Below, one piece after another: positions 36,401-50,198 of a stretch of DNA of 64,000 bases. How positions within the stretch are numbered: position 1 is the stretch's first letter; each line of letters starts with the position of its first letter. A program made the position numbers and the translations under genes. Source of the stretch: Chromera velia (Eukaryota); NCBI GenBank assembly GCA_018398765.1, contig JAHBMJ010000112.1:62001-126000 (forward strand), written 5' to 3'. The notes under the pieces are model-generated. The model searched no databases. It saw only the letters and a list, made by a program, of their open reading frames with translations, and was not told the DNA's origin.

Positions 36401-37185
36401 GTCTCACCGCCCCTCTGTCCCTAGACATTGAGCGCCGGGCGCAAAGAGGGGTACTGGGACCTGCCAGCTCCCTCCAGTTGGCAGAGGCTATCAAGAGAGG
36501 CAAAGTTGCTGGCCTCTCCACCCTGAAAGCAGACACTAGCAGGGTAGGATCCCTAGGGATGCAGGCAATCTGTCTCGCCCTCTCGTGTCCCGACGTGACA
36601 GAGATCAAGAGACTCCACTTCTCTCCCATCATCGACGCACCCGCAGCAGCAGCAGCTCCACAAACCGGGGTGGTCCAACAGGCCATGCTCTCGATGGCCT
36701 TGGGGTCGGGTCAGATGAATGGGCTCGAGGAGCTCTACATTGCCGGGCCTCTGCTGTCAGAGGGAACGCGTCTCCTGCTGTCTGCCCTCAGCAGCGGCGC
36801 GTTCCGTGCCCTGCGCTCCCTTGAGCTGATTGCCATCGCTCAGGATGAACACATCCGAGTCCAACTACCGGGGATGCTCACAGAATTTGTGATTGCTGAG
36901 AAGCTCCCCGCATTGACCGAGCTGAAAATCACTGCTTCCCGCATGAACGATGAAGGGGTCACAACCCTCACACAAGGGTGGACAGCCCGCCCCCCACCCC
37001 CTCTCGAACAGTTAAGACTAACGAGCACGCAGATCACCAACGAAGGTGCACAGACGCTCGTTTCGTTCATTTCCTCCGGAAGGATGCCCTCCCTGGAGAG
37101 GCTGGATTTGCGGATAAACCAAGTTGATGCTGCGGCCCATCAGGCTCTCTCTGCATCGCTTCCTCTAGTGACTTCTTACTTTTGA
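30220..37185 (+). CDS. RI-like leucine-rich-repeat protein, 8 exons
   Basis: Exons approx. 30220-30259, 30358-30452, 30840-30911, 31212-31254, 31878-31959, 32289-32405, 34073-34150, 34757-37185 join to LNLDLSEYSLGPRKLRLFLASLP..LKTLCLA..LENLDLS..IISLDLSKNLLGPPGVSALSNGL. Many LxxLxLxxN repeats follow. Confidence 0.88.
30455..30578. repeat. Intronic 40-bp tandem repeat x3
   Basis: CAGGGCTTTAATGCATGTCACTGAGACGTTTAACATCGTG at 30455, 30495 and 30535 (the last with a small insertion). Confidence 0.9.
32944..34052. repeat. (CTTT)n microsatellite in an LRR gene intron, ending just before the acceptor
   Basis: Direct inspection. Confidence 0.98.
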
Positions 37186-37822
37186 TCAATCTGATCGACC
37201 AACACAGCAGTCACTGGAACTTGAACGTGGCATTCATTGCCTCAATTCAATTCAAATTCAAAATTCAACGTGCATATAGTGTGTACTAATCTAGTTACTA
37301 AGACTACATTGACTTTAGTATTGACTGTACAATGAAAAACCTACTAGTAGTGAAAAACTTTAAAACTTCATAACTTTTCAAAGTTAAAATAAAGGCCTAA
37401 CCTAGGGCCTAACTGAAATGTAACAATATTATTTCTAGTATTCTATGCGGTTCATTGCCTTAATTAAAGTTAATTTGCCTAGAAGAGGTATATATCGTAT
37501 AATTGTGTTGAGTCTCAGTTAGAGCGTGAGGTTAAACATCATAAAACGTCAAAATTTAAATTGTTCTAAAACCAGTCTATGATCCCAAGTACATGCTATC
37601 TAGCATGCTACTAGACATGCTACCTAGCATACTAGGGTCTAGGCTAGGGTACGTATCATGATCGCATGCAAATTAAAATGTCAATTATCATATATGCACC
37701 TGCAAATGATTTAATAGTTATGAATTCGACTAGAAAGCATCAAAATTTTGGTCAAAATTTGCTGAAGTCTTCTAAGATCAAAGCCCGTACCTTTTTTACA
37801 GAAAGGGTCTCAAGTTGATCAG

Positions 37823-40800
37823 TCACTTTGACTTTGAAGCTTCGGCAGCCTTTCCTTTCCCCGGATTGTCCCCTCCCCCCTTTCCCTCCTCTGCTACGTA
37901 CTTTCGTCTTCGCGCTTCGTTTGCGGCCCCCTCCTCGTCCGCTCCCTTCATGACCTCCTCCGCTGGCGGGGCAGATGGGGCAGGAATTGAAGTGGGCATG
38001 GGCGGAGCTGAGGGTGCCGGCATCTTGCCACTCCCACTGGGCTTCTTTCCCGTGTCTGCCCCCCCGCCACCTCCTGCTGACTTAGCCCCACTGCTCAAAC
38101 ACACAGCAACAGGGATGTGAGAACACACATACACACACCTATGCACAGAGCGAAAGAGAGAGAGAAAGAGCGAGAAAGGGAGGGAGAGAGGGAGAGGGAG
38201 GGAGGGAGAACAGGCGGACTCAGACGCGACTCCTGTGTCCAGAAAAAGGGATCCACAATGATGGAGGAGGTTTACAAGACAGAATTTGACGGACACATTA
38301 ATACAACACACTCCAGAACATCAAAGAAATACTCCCAACAACACAACAGCCAAATGGAAAGCAAATGCAGTTCTCAGGCTGCGCGATCATCATTGAAGCA
38401 TGAACGAATTGCCTAAATCAGCCACTGACTGACTGTCCCACTGACGAAGGAATTGACTAGACTCACTGACCCACCGACAACGATTTGCATGCCTCCCAAC
38501 AAACCGCTGGACGTCTGGACCATCTCCCGTCTCCCTCCCAGACCCCCTGCCACCCTGACAGACCACCTCACTGAATAGCTGCCTGCCTGCCTCCCTGCTG
38601 GGCTGCCTGCCTGCTCGACTGACTGACTGACTGGCTGACCGACCGACTGACTGACCGACTGACCGACCGACCGACTGACTGACTGGCTGGCTGACGGACG
38701 GACGGACGGAAGGACGGACGGAAGGACGGACGGAAGGACGGACTGACTGACTGGACTGACTGACGGACTGACTGGACTGACTGACTGACTGAACTGACAG
38801 ACTGACTGACTGGCTGGCTGGCTGACGGACGGACGGACGGACGGACGGACGGACTGGACTGACTGACTGACTGACGGACTGACTGGACTGACTGGACTGA
38901 CTGGACTGACTGGACTGACTGGACTGACTGGACTGACTGGACTGACTGGACTGACTGACTGACTGACTGAACTGACTGACAGACTGACTGACTGACCGAC
39001 TGACTGACTGACTGACGGACGGACGGACGGACGGACGGACGGACGGACGGACTGACTGACTGACTGACGGACGGACGGACGGACTGACTGAATTGACTGA
39101 CTGACTGACTCGATTTGTTTCCAGAACCACGAGAAGACGGTGGACGATCTCATGACTGTCAACCAGATGACCAGAGTAAACAGACAAATCCAGTAGTTCC
39201 TCTCCAATCGCCAGAGCTTCATCTTGAACCTTCAAGAAAGCGGAAAAGACCAAATGAGCAAATACGTCAACAGGAGAACTTTAAAAAACGAATGAAACAG
39301 AACAAGGGGCCGCGGAACGGATGGACACGTGGACAAATTCAAGAAAAGGATTGATTAAAGGAATGAACGCAAAAATGATGGATGGAATGATCAAAGGAGG
39401 AGGCGCCAAGCGAGAACGAGGCTGCACATTTCGAAGGACCATTTCACTTACAGCGATTCAGGGCAAGAGGCAGAACGGACTGCAGCGCCTTCGTCACTTG
39501 AGTAGTAGTCCAACAGACGAATTTATGAAGTCAAAATACGCACGCTATGCACGTGCATTTGTCAGAGTCGACCTCTTTCTCTGTCTGACTTCTTCACTCC
39601 CTGCCCCCTTGTCTGTCCGCTTACTTTTCATCCAGTGCGGGAGGCATCACGTGTTGGAACATGGCAGGCATCTGGCATGCATGGGAGGTTTGTTTTAGGG
39701 GGGGGCACAAAGGAGTAACCACACACATGCATACATACATACATACATACAGGCATACATACAGGCATACACAAACACATGGGAGGTTTGGGGGGGGGGG
39801 CACAAAGGAGTAACCACACATACATACATACAGGCATACACAAACACATGGGAGGTTTGTTTGAGGGGGGGGCACAAAGGAGTAACCACACATACATACA
39901 TACATACATACATACATACAGGCATACANNNNNNNNNNNNNNNNNNNNNNNNNNNNNNNNNNNNNNNNNNNNNNNNNNNNNNNNNNNNNNNNNNNNNNNN
40001 NNNNNNNNNNNNNNNNNNNNNNNNNNNNNACATACATACATACATACAGGCATCTGCATGGGAGGTTTGTTTGAGGGGGGGGCACAAAGGAGTAACCACA
40101 CACATACAGGCATACACAAACACATGAGAGAAGAGAGGAGAAAGAGAGAATGACAGCATGCACCAAAAAGTCACCAAGAATATCTGCCCATGAAGCCACG
40201 AACGACGTTCGCCCCGTCAGGGACAACGCCAAGAGAAGTCGGCACAGAAAGGAGCGGAACACAGACGCACAAGGAGATATGGACACAGGTAGACAAGAGG
40301 TAGATACGCAGGCCGTCAGCAAAACAGATGTACATCTAGAGCAAGAGAACTCGTCGAATAAGGGAGAAAAATCGGCAGGGAGAGGCAAAGCCAGCCATGA
40401 GGCAAGGAAAGAGGACAGAGAATCTAAGAAAGGAACTGCGCATCAAAACCCCAAAACCGCCAACTGACCACAGCCGTTCTCCACGAAGAGTATCTGGCCA
40501 GTTGGTGTGCCTGTAGGCAGTAGAGGTTGAATGTTCCCACGTGGAATCGTAAGGAGCACAGTGAACGCTGGCAAGTGTTGACTTTATCTCATCCTCACAG
40601 AAAGAAACGGAACGCGACGCACGAGACAAGACAAGAGATCGGCAGCGAGGGAAAAGGTTTCAGCATTTTGAATAAGAAAGCATTCCGCGAAAAACTGGCG
40701 AGAGGGAGAGAGAAGGAGAGAAAAGAACAGAGAAACGCACAAAAAAAAGAGAAGGGGGGGGGGGGGGACAGGGATAGAGAGACAGGGAAACAGAGAAGCC

Positions 40801-41498
40801 ATGAGTGTGTGTGCGTGTGTGTGGAAGAGAGAGAGAGGGAGAAAGACAGAGGGAACAGAGCAGAAAAACATACACCACGATAGAGAAAGAGACATCTGGG
40901 GTGCGGGTAACATTTCCAGCAAGAGTGACTCACTTCAAAAGCAAATCTGATCCCTGCCCAAGCGAAGCACATGATATTCAAGGTGATACCCACACCGTTC
41001 ATCGCAACCCGGAGCTGCATAGGAACAGACACGTAAAGACACGCACACACGCAGACGGTTTGCTGATCGGCAAGCGGAGACGTGGGTGAGCAACAAGGAG
41101 AGTGGACGACTTCAGGCAAACCCCAGATTCATGAGGTGATGATCAAAGGATGAGAGAAAGAATCAAAACATTCACACGGAGACTGCTGACGAGACGGTCA
41201 GTAGAGCAGACAGAAATGTCTTCGCATCCAAACAGCTTTCACTGACATGGCCGAGTTTGACGGCAAGTCCCTGGACGAATCTGATGCCTGCATACAAAGA
41301 AGCAGAGAGACGAGGAACCGAAGTCAGCCCGAAAGGAGGTCAGCCATTGACGAGCAGTGCACAGGAGGCTGGCTGCTCGCGTGTGAAAAGAAAAACGGGA
41401 AACAAAAAACAAAGCACCACACAGACATCTGTCTTACGGGACCGACCGGAGAGCAGCATCAAGATCATGACTACCCCCAGGGGGATCAGCACGAATGC
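37823..41498 (-). CDS. BAP29/BAP31-like ER membrane protein; 5' exon(s) not resolved
   Basis: Exons 41498-41447, 41287-41247, 41014-40934, 40510-40469, 39671-39625, 39229-39110, 38090-37823 join in phase. Three TM segments and FKMKLWRLERNYWICLFTLVIWLTVMR (cf. BAP31 RAQRNLYISGF). C-terminal KSK resembles an ER retrieval signal. Confidence 0.78.
38578..39109. repeat. (GACT)n/(GACG)n microsatellite starting at a 5' splice site
   Basis: Reads (GTCA)n/(GTCC)n on the sense strand from the donor GT at 39109. Confidence 0.95.
39680..40126. repeat. Intronic minisatellite (variable ~70-100 bp unit) containing an assembly gap
   Basis: CATGGGAGGTTTG..GGGGGCACAAAGGAGTAACCACACA recurs 4 times; N run at 39929-40029. 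Confidence 0.9.
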
Positions 41499-43976
41499 CT
41501 GCAGAGAAGCAAATGAAGGAGAGGCAGTCGCTGAATATCCACATCTTCCTTGACATCTTCCTTGAGATCACCCACAAAGAGACACCTCATGGCAGCAGCA
41601 CTCCATACCATCGATCCTGACCTCGAATTTCATCTTCCAAGAAACACACAGGAAAAGCAGAAACGTTCCTGGCTGGCGTCCTTCTCTTGGAAGAGATCAC
41701 TTTCTACGGAAACCAACTTCCCGTCTCCAGTTTGTGAAAAGAAACAATTCTGAAAAGTAGCGCCTCTCGTTTCTCGTCAAAGTACCCGCACCCAGCCATA
41801 CACCTGATCATACACCTGGATGTGCTCCTAGGCTGCTGTGCTGAACAAAGGTGAACTGGGTTCGGCTCAGCTTTCAGCAGGACATGCTCACAGTGGAGTC
41901 GTAATTTTCGCAGGAGACGGCTCGGCTGTGGAAGCATGTGGAAGCCGATGGAAGCCGTGACACTGCAGGGCGCGTGCGTCGATCATCGTCGATCAACGCG
42001 TGCATGCCAAGAAATTTCAGCGGAGACGGACAAGATAAAGAAGCTAGCTGTCTGAACGTGTGTGAACTTGGACGCGTGTCTCCTAAGCTGCCTCTGTTTT
42101 CCAATTTGACATGTGTTTGCCATATATGAGTTGTATTGCCAAAGAAAATCACTTTCATGCACAAGGACCAAAGGCAGCTGCTTAAAGCTTTAGCATACAC
42201 AAAAGAACTGTGTCAGGGCGATTCTGTGTGACTGTCGTTTACACCCGTCTATATCCGTCTCCGTGAGTAAGTGAAGCCAATTCGGCGTTCGTCGGGTGGT
42301 CAGCGGGCAGATCAGGACAGTGGGTACGTTATTCCGTGTTTCTACATCATTTCCCGTCAGTGCCCTCGTTGAGTGCGGTTGCCACTGAACGATGTCTTCA
42401 CAAACAGAAGGAGACGGTCAGGCAAAGCCAGCAGAAGAAGAGAAGAGCTTCACGATTGACTTTCTTGGGACAAAACGGGGCAAGTGCAAACAGTGCGCTT
42501 CCTGCAAGAAGTACGCTTTGAAGCAGTTGAGTGTCAGGCAGAAGATGAGCACCTGATCGGGGCCGAGTTGGATCAACGATCCCTCCGCAGTCAACTGTGC
42601 TGCCTGCGGATGCCCCCCCAACCAGCATCAAAAGATGGACTAATGGCGGCATCCGTCTGCATGACCTGCACTGCGTCGAAGCAGCAGCCGACTTTGTTGT
42701 GGTGAATTTTTCTTTCATTTTTCTCCTTTCAGTGACTTGAAGGTCGCACGGTGCGGGAGCCGAAAGAGGATTGCATCGGGCTGCCTGCAAAGCGGCTCTG
42801 CGGGAGACTCTATCTGATCGGGTGCCTGGCTGGCGGCATATTTACTACGATGTATACTGCTCATTCGTGGCTGACTTCAGCGCCTGTGTTGGGGTCGGAA
42901 GACGCGTTGGTGTCTGCATGTTAATTGGTGCTTTTTTGGGTTTGTTCTTGGTGTGAAAGATGCCATTGCCAAGCAGCCGCGGAGGGCAAACGGGAAGGCA
43001 CGGCGACGAGTTCGACGAAGAGCTGGCCTGAAAGAAACGGAAGTTTCAGGGCCAGCTCTGATTTTTCTCGATCCGCTTGCGCTCCCGCTTTGGATTTCCG
43101 CAGCCCGCTTAATTCTCTCTTTTTCTCGCTAACGCTTCAATAACGCTTCTGTATGGCAGATGAATCGATCGGATCAGCATCGTAAGAGAGACCCGACAAA
43201 ACCCGTTGAAGTACGGTTGAAACACAAAAATCCATGTTTACTCTCTAGCGCCCAGGCTCATCAAGGTCTGATTTAGGGGATCTTACGAGTAGTGGGAGAG
43301 AAGTCAGAGAAGAGGAATGTTTACTTATCATTGTTTACTGAGAAAACTTTACTTTCCTTCTAGCTTTTCTTATGCGCCATCGCCATTGACCCGGCCATAA
43401 TTAAGAGTTAAGCGTCAAACTTTAATCCTATCATAAATTAGCAAATAGGTACTAGGTATGCATCTTAACCAGCATCTCAATCATTTTACTATATTTTTGA
43501 ATGATTTTTCTTTCTAGCTGGAAATGAAATTAAATTTAAAAGTTATAAAATATTTTTTTAGAGCTAGTTTTAGAGTCGTAACTTCATGTACAATCATTGT
43601 ACATACCTTAATTTATTTTAGAACAAACACTTGAATTTAAATAATTATAGCTAAAACCTGTTGTGCATTTTAACGGAATTTTTAAATCAAAGCCTTGGTC
43701 AACCCTTCTTAACCCCTCCCACCCGGCCTTTTTTTAGCCATTTACTACTGAGTTCAATTTCATATTGTTCAAATCATTATTTTATTTTATTTGATCATAA
43801 GAGTGTACGTACCTACTGAGCTGTCCTCTAAGGAGGCTTCAGACAACGTTTCGCATCATTGGCCCTGTAGATTCACCTCACTTCAGACGAACTGTGACTA
43901 GAACCATCCCTAATGAACAAATCCCGAAAATTGTTTGCCCGCTCGCCCCAGCTGTGTCGATCAGTCAATCGATCAA

Positions 43977-46900
43977 TTACCGCGTTGTCCAAGACCTCCC
44001 ACAGGTGAAAGGAGACAGCGTTGGACCGCCGCATGCGATAGAGACCACAACAAATACTGCCCCCTGCACAAAATCAAACGTGGTGATCATGCAGGCCGAG
44101 ATCACCAAACAGGATCATCGAACGTTAGGTACGCCCGTCCAATTTCTGCCTCAAATGACAGCTATACATGCACACGTGCGGAATGGAAACAAGACGAGAT
44201 CACAATTTTGTTGCGGCTTTCCAAAGTGCATCTGATCGAAAGGGGTCTTTCTGTCTGAACCCCGCACAGCACGGTCACGCCACGCTCCATTTCGTGTTCA
44301 AACAATAAGTCGCTGTCCAATTCCCCTTTCTTCCATTGGTCAACTTCTTGTGACAGATTCCTCTCTGGGATCTCACCGACCAGCAAGACTGCAGTGAGAA
44401 CGAGGTAGGCCTTCACCTGCAGGCAGGCAGGAAAGCGGCAAAGCGTCCACACACAGATTCCCAAAGAACAGACACACGAGAAAGAATGGGACGGCCCCAT
44501 GCGTCTGCAGGCAGCAGGCGGGACGTTGCAAAAAGAATGCAAGCTGACAGGCAGGGGCGCAGGCAGCAAGGTGTGAGGCGACACTCCCCAAAACGGCTGG
44601 AGGGCTTGATTCCTTCCTTCCTTCCTGTTCAGAAACGGAATTAAGGCACCTGCAGTCCTCGCTGAACAGTGAGGTCGGCCGGTAGGTAGACACGAGAAGC
44701 TCCAGGGAGTAGACAAGGGCACCACTTTCGTCACACTTTCACTTCCTAGAACGCGTGTTTGCAGAGAGAGAGAGTCAGAGCGCGTGCGCGCGCGCGAGAG
44801 AGAGAGAGAGAGAGAAACAGACAGATGGAGAGACAGGAAGCCCATTTTCTCACATAGACAGACAGAGAGATAGGCCACCCAAACGAGTAAACAGATGAAA
44901 AAGTGCAGGAGAGCAAGCGACGGAGTGACAGATCTGAACAAGTCCAAAGCCATCTTATCAAAAGCCCGACTTAGTGCTCCCCTCTCTTCCTAGCATCAAA
45001 TCATGAAGAAAGAAGGAAGGAACACGGATCACTTCAACTTTCCCTCTCTCTTCCTTGCATCAAATCATGAAGAAAGAAGGAAGGAAAACGGATCACTTCA
45101 ACTTTCCCTCTCTCTTCCTTGCATCAAATCATGAAGAAAGAAGGAAGGAACACGGATCAATTCAACTTTCAGCCGCCAGAGAAAGTCAAAGCGACAAAGA
45201 GATAGACACGAAGAAACACATAGCAACAGGCAAATAGGCAGACGGCAGGGTCGACACACAGACTCCTCTTCCTGTCTCCTACCTGTTGCCACCACATATT
45301 TCTCTTCAGACCGCGAGCAGAATATCTAAAAGCCCCCGCCTGCACGCACAACTACAAACATGAGCAGGTCTGTCTATACACGAATGTTCCCTACCTGGTC
45401 AACTTTTCAGCCATTCCGCCAATGAAGGAACGCATTTTCTCATCCGCAGCGATATGTCTACACAGAGGGAACACAAAGAAGAGCGCGGGCACGTTTCCGG
45501 ACATCAAGAGGACCTTCATTTCTTCCCCCCCCTTCTTTTCTTCTTTCTTGACTGCATGGACTGAGCGGCCGATGCCCAAAAGTCCAGAGAGGATTCAAGA
45601 GTCGGTCAGGGGGTCGGTCTGTCAGACAATCAATTCTCCTCGAATACGTCCGTCACGAAGGGTCGCAGCAAGTAACTGAATTGGTAATAAAGTAACAAAT
45701 TTTCTCTGTTTCCTTCTCCCCCCTGAGAAGAGACGAATCACGTCACGAAGGACGCAAAGCACCAATCTGTTTGCCCCCCCTGCCTCTGTCTTGTTCTATT
45801 TCTTCTCTTTCCCTGCATGTGTCCTGATGGACTCATGACTGCATGTCTCTCAAGCTGCTGGCTGGCTAGCTGGCTGACGCTGTGTTTCAGGAGGTCCGTT
45901 TTTTCGACCAACGAGTCGATCATCTCTCCCCTTTGCATCACCTTTCCTGCCGCATGAAGGAAACACAATTGAATGCATTCATTTTTATACGGAATGATTT
46001 TTTTTTTCTGCACAAATGAACGCATGCATCTCTCCCCTTTGCATCACCTTTCCTGCCGCATAAAGGAAACACAATTAATTGAAAGAGGTACGTTTCGGGG
46101 GACATGCGAGCAGTCGGACAGCATCTCTTCGTCCCGTGTTCTCGGTAAACAGGCAGACGGGAGGAAAGTGATTTTAGGCAACACAGAAAGCCACTTCGAC
46201 AGTCACGAATGGAGAAAGGGCGGGGTGGTTTTTGCGAAGTTTTCCTGGTCTGAAAGACGAGAAAAGCCCCCCCCCCCCCCNCCCCCCCCCCCCTACACGA
46301 ACGGATCTACTCACCGATGTTGCTTCTGACGAGCTCAGTGACGCCCTCCAGTTCTGTCTCCACTCTCTCGAGCGAGGAGTGTCCCGACCGGCCTCCAAAT
46401 TTCTCCTGAAGGGAGGGCAATTCAAAGAACAAAATAGAGTCAAAGGAAGACAGACAGAAAGGCAGACGCACCGAAAGAAGTAAAGAAAGAACGGGAGAAC
46501 CAGCCAAGGAACGAACGAGCTGAGGGAGGGGAAAGAGGATAGAGTGGAACACGATCACGCACCAAGAAACATACAACTGAGCTGGCTGACATACCATGCA
46601 AGATTTCAGGACTTTCGTCAGGGCTTCTTGCCGAGATTCTCCTCTTCCTCCTGTGGGTTGCCGGTCGTATGCGACTTTGAATCTCCGCTTCAACTCTTCC
46701 TGCAGGGTGACAAGAAATCGCTTTGCAAAGAAAAAATGCCAGCACTAACCTTGTGCATTCAGAAATTTCCTAGTTTTTTTCTTCTCGCTAAGATTCCTCT
46801 CTTTCTTTCTGTCCTCTCATTTTGATTGTCGTTCTTTCACTCTGTTCGCTTTCTCGTTTGGTTCGTCGGTCTCTCCGTCCTTCCATCATCGCTAGGAAAG

Positions 46901-47820
46901 AAGGAGCCCCGTACACTCCAAGCAACGAGTAGGCGGCACATGCCCTGGCAGTGGTAAGACACGACTTTCTTGCAGGAGCGGCCCTTGCCGAGCCGCTTGC
47001 GCGAGACCGAGGGGCAATGCAAAGAACTTCAATCTGAAGAAGAGGCAAGCAGAAGCAGGTGAGGCAACTCAGAGAGGCATTCTCCATTTCTTCCTTCTTT
47101 GCGCTTGAGGGACCACCTTGATCTTGCAAGACAGAAAGAAGCTGAGGTGAATGAGAAGACAAACGCAGGAAGGCTGGCAGACACACGCTCACATACACGC
47201 AGACGGACAGACTGGCTGACGGACCAGAAAGGAGAAGGACCCGTCTGCCCCGGACTCTGCGTCTGCTATGCAGATGTAGTGGAGGTCCCCATCGGTCAGC
47301 TGCAGTGGGTACGTGAGCACACGAGAGAGAACAAGAAGAGTCTCCGAGTCACATCATTACAGAACGCAACCTGAAAACAAGGAACTGGTGAAAGAAGCGT
47401 CGAGATAAGGGGGAAGGACTGCATGAAGGAGGATGGAAAGGGGACGGGCCCCCTGCGGAGAGGAACGCGGGGAACGCACACATGCATGCAGTGGGTGCTG
47501 GTTGAGACGTTAACTGACACAATTGAAGGTTCTGTTGTCGTACATGTACCGTCTCTTCCCTTCCTTCCCTGATATCTTGGAAGTCATTCGCCTGCACAGA
47601 CAGCCAATTGTCGAGGGATGGTGGGAAGATTGGTTGGTACAACGGCTTGTTTAAGGAGAGACAACCACAAGAATTGACTGAGTCAGTCTGGAGACGGCTA
47701 AAATGATTGTCTGCCTGCGGAAGAACCCGACCATGCAATTTCAAGGAGGCCATCGTCGGAGTCCGTGTACTCACAGAGCACAACGGCACCCTTCACAACC
47801 AGGGCATGGGTGATTGTCAT
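43977..47820 (-). CDS. VAMP7-like longin R-SNARE, 9 exons
   Basis: Spliced product MTITHALVVKGAVVLCEYT..KRRYMYDNRTFNC LTDGDLHYICIADAE..FSFL EELKRRF (longin), then LERVETELEGVTELVRSNI KVMQRGEMIDSLVEKTDLL (R layer) AGAFRYSARGLKRNMWWQQ VKAYLVLTAVLL GAVFVVVSIACGG (TM). Stop at 43979-43977. Confidence 0.93.
44980..45170. repeat. Intronic 64-bp tandem repeat x3
   Basis: CATCAAATCATGAAGAAAGAAGGAAGG at 44994, 45058 and 45122. Confidence 0.9.
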
Positions 47821-48142
47821 CTCGGCGTTCCTTTTTGGGTGTCCATATATACGTCAACTTGCTCGGGATGAACGAGTGTTGTTGTGGTCACGAAGGATAT
47901 GTCCCTCAACCTTATTCGTCAGCCTGTGTTTCCTGTGTGGATAGTTGGCAAGAACCAGGCCGACAGGAAGCCAGAGAACTACTGTAGATGCATTGCGTTT
48001 CAACTGCCTTTCGCGGAACGCTCGGGTGTTCATATGGTGTTCATCAATGTTCATCATTGGTCTTCGTCGAAATGAGACGTGGACTCATGCGTGCAGTGCG
48101 GCAATGATGCGGCAATGGCATCGCGACCATGCAGTGGCCCCG

Positions 48143-48315
48143 GAGGGCGGAGCGAGGCTTGAAACATGTTCGCACGGAGCTCTCCACCCGGGGGGCACTT
48201 AATCCCCCGCGACTCCTTGGTACTCCTTGGCCCCGGATCGAGGGCAGAGCGAGGCTTAAAACATATTCGCACGGAGCTCTCCACCCAGGAGGCACTTAAT
48301 CCCCCGCGACTCCTT
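48143..48315. repeat. Intergenic direct repeat, ~74 bp x2 with 98-bp period
   Basis: GAGGGCRGAGCGAGGCTTRAAACATRTTCGCACGGAGCTCTCCACCC at 48143 and 48241. Confidence 0.88.
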
Positions 48316-48661
48316 CCTCCGACACCTGAGGCGACGGGCTAAATCTTACATGGCAATATAGGTGCGGCAGTATGAGATATTAGTTAGTGCCTTAAGGAAA
48401 AAAAATCGTACACGCGGAATGCGTGCACGGAGGTGCGAGGCTGCGCGCGTCGGCATGCATCGCGACGGCGAGACAACGAGAAAACAGTAAGTACTGTATT
48501 ATAATAAAGCATAGAAGAGAACAAAAGAATAATACAGAAATAAAATTAAAGAATAAAGAAAGAAAGATCATTCTTTCATACCCTAAAACGTTGGTGGTGA
48601 AGGAGTGGTAAAAAGAAGGAGAGATATAAGATAAAGAGATGATTGAGTAGGAAAAAAAGGA

Positions 48662-50175
48662 AATGAGTTGGTTGGTGAACTTGGTGTCAGAGCAATTCAT
48701 GTTTGCGTCATACTAGGTAATATTAGGCGTCGTAGTGTACGTGTTGACAATGTCGCACGCAGTGAGAGCAAGCGGCTCATCCACGTCATGCCGTATTATG
48801 CTGCTGACCGCGAGTGGCCACAACACCGGCGGTGCGCGCGGCTAGGCAATTCATTAATCTGCATACAGTCGTACTTCAAGTAGGCACGATTGTCTCCATG
48901 AGTCTCAGAAACGGTGCGATCCTCTTTGAATTACATAGCTAGAAGAGAAACAGATGAACAACACCACAATATGAATGCGTAGGCAGACTATGGGTAGATT
49001 AAAGAGTTTGCTAGGTATGTGGTAATGTGGGGAGAGCTGATTGATAGAATTTGACAGCTAAAAAGCTCCTAGAACGTTTAAACGTTTACTGACGCCCTCC
49101 TTGATCGGGAAGACGACGTAGTGTTGAAAACCGTCTTACAAGATTGAGAGCCTTGGCGAGAGTCGAGAAAAAAAGGCAATACGCAAGCAGTTTGTTTGTT
49201 TTCAGTTCTCTTCTGCCTTTGATCTGTTATCCTGAGTCCTTTTGTTCTGCTTGTTGACTTGGAGATGGCGTCTCTTCTTCTTGAAGATTCTAGGCTTTAT
49301 GGAACTGGTGATATAATGCCTCTTCCGGTAACACTGCATGTGGAGCTGGAGATGACTGTTTGGATAAAAAAAAAGTTGTGAAGAGGAGACTAAGTCCTTT
49401 AAATAGAGAACAAGGCTGATGAAAAGCTGTTGGCATGCCAATTTGTGTATGGTGAGCGGTGGTAAGGCTTGTATGGGCAGACTTCAATACGAGTAAAAGA
49501 AGAAGGCAAGCTGTCCAGGGGGAGTTACGGTTTAGGATGGTTTAGGCCTCCAAGAGTGGCAGTAAAGTGTGGTATCTGTAGTAGTATACAGAGAAGAAGA
49601 GGGTGAAAGGTGCGGAAATGTGCAGAAAAATCTTGAGACAGGCGACAACAGAGACGCTTGCAGAGACGGATGAGACGGATAGTTGTAGTCCACACGATTC
49701 CGTGCACAAAGTCCTTCCTGTGCTTTCCCTGTTTGTCCTTGCATCAATGAATGATGTGTTTTGCACTGGAAGAGAATGTGGGGATAGGGAGGTAATAGAA
49801 GAGAGAGGAAAGCAAACTGGCGAATGAATTGGAAGGCTTTTTGCTTACTGTCTGGCAGATAGAAGTATGTACGTCCCAAAAGTGAGAAAGAAATCAAGTA
49901 CGTACGAATTGAAGATAGAATTCTGGATATATGTGGAGTTGCCTAGGATTTGCATGCAGTCGTGCTTCAAGTAGGTATGATCGTCTCTATAAAAAACGGC
50001 GCGATCCTCTTTGAGTTACATAACTAGAAGAAAAACAGATGAACAACATCACAATATGAATGCATAGGCAGACTATGGGTAGATTAAAGAGTTTGCTAGG
50101 TATGTGGTGATGTAGGGAGAGCTGATTAATAGAGTTTGACAGCTAAAAAGCTCCTAGAACGGTTAAACGTTTACT
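48662..50175 (+). mobile_element. Non-autonomous LTR retroelement, copy 2 (internally deleted)
   Basis: 5' LTR ~48662-49090 ending TTTACT, then degenerate PBS TGACGCCCTC. Internal region is collinear with 26774-26946 plus 27997-28665. 3' LTR remnant ~49948-50175. Confidence 0.85.
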
Positions 50176-50198
50176 AAATGTAGATCAGAGATAAAAAC

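Noticed and set aside
38390..39253. SQSV-repeat ORFs and a candidate exon at ~38570-38471
   Set aside because: Microsatellite translation; the 39110 donor joins the 38090 acceptor in phase without it.
41500..43150. Assorted short ORFs upstream of the BAP31-like exons
   Set aside because: Could not be spliced into a convincing start; probably UTR/intron plus an unidentified first exon.
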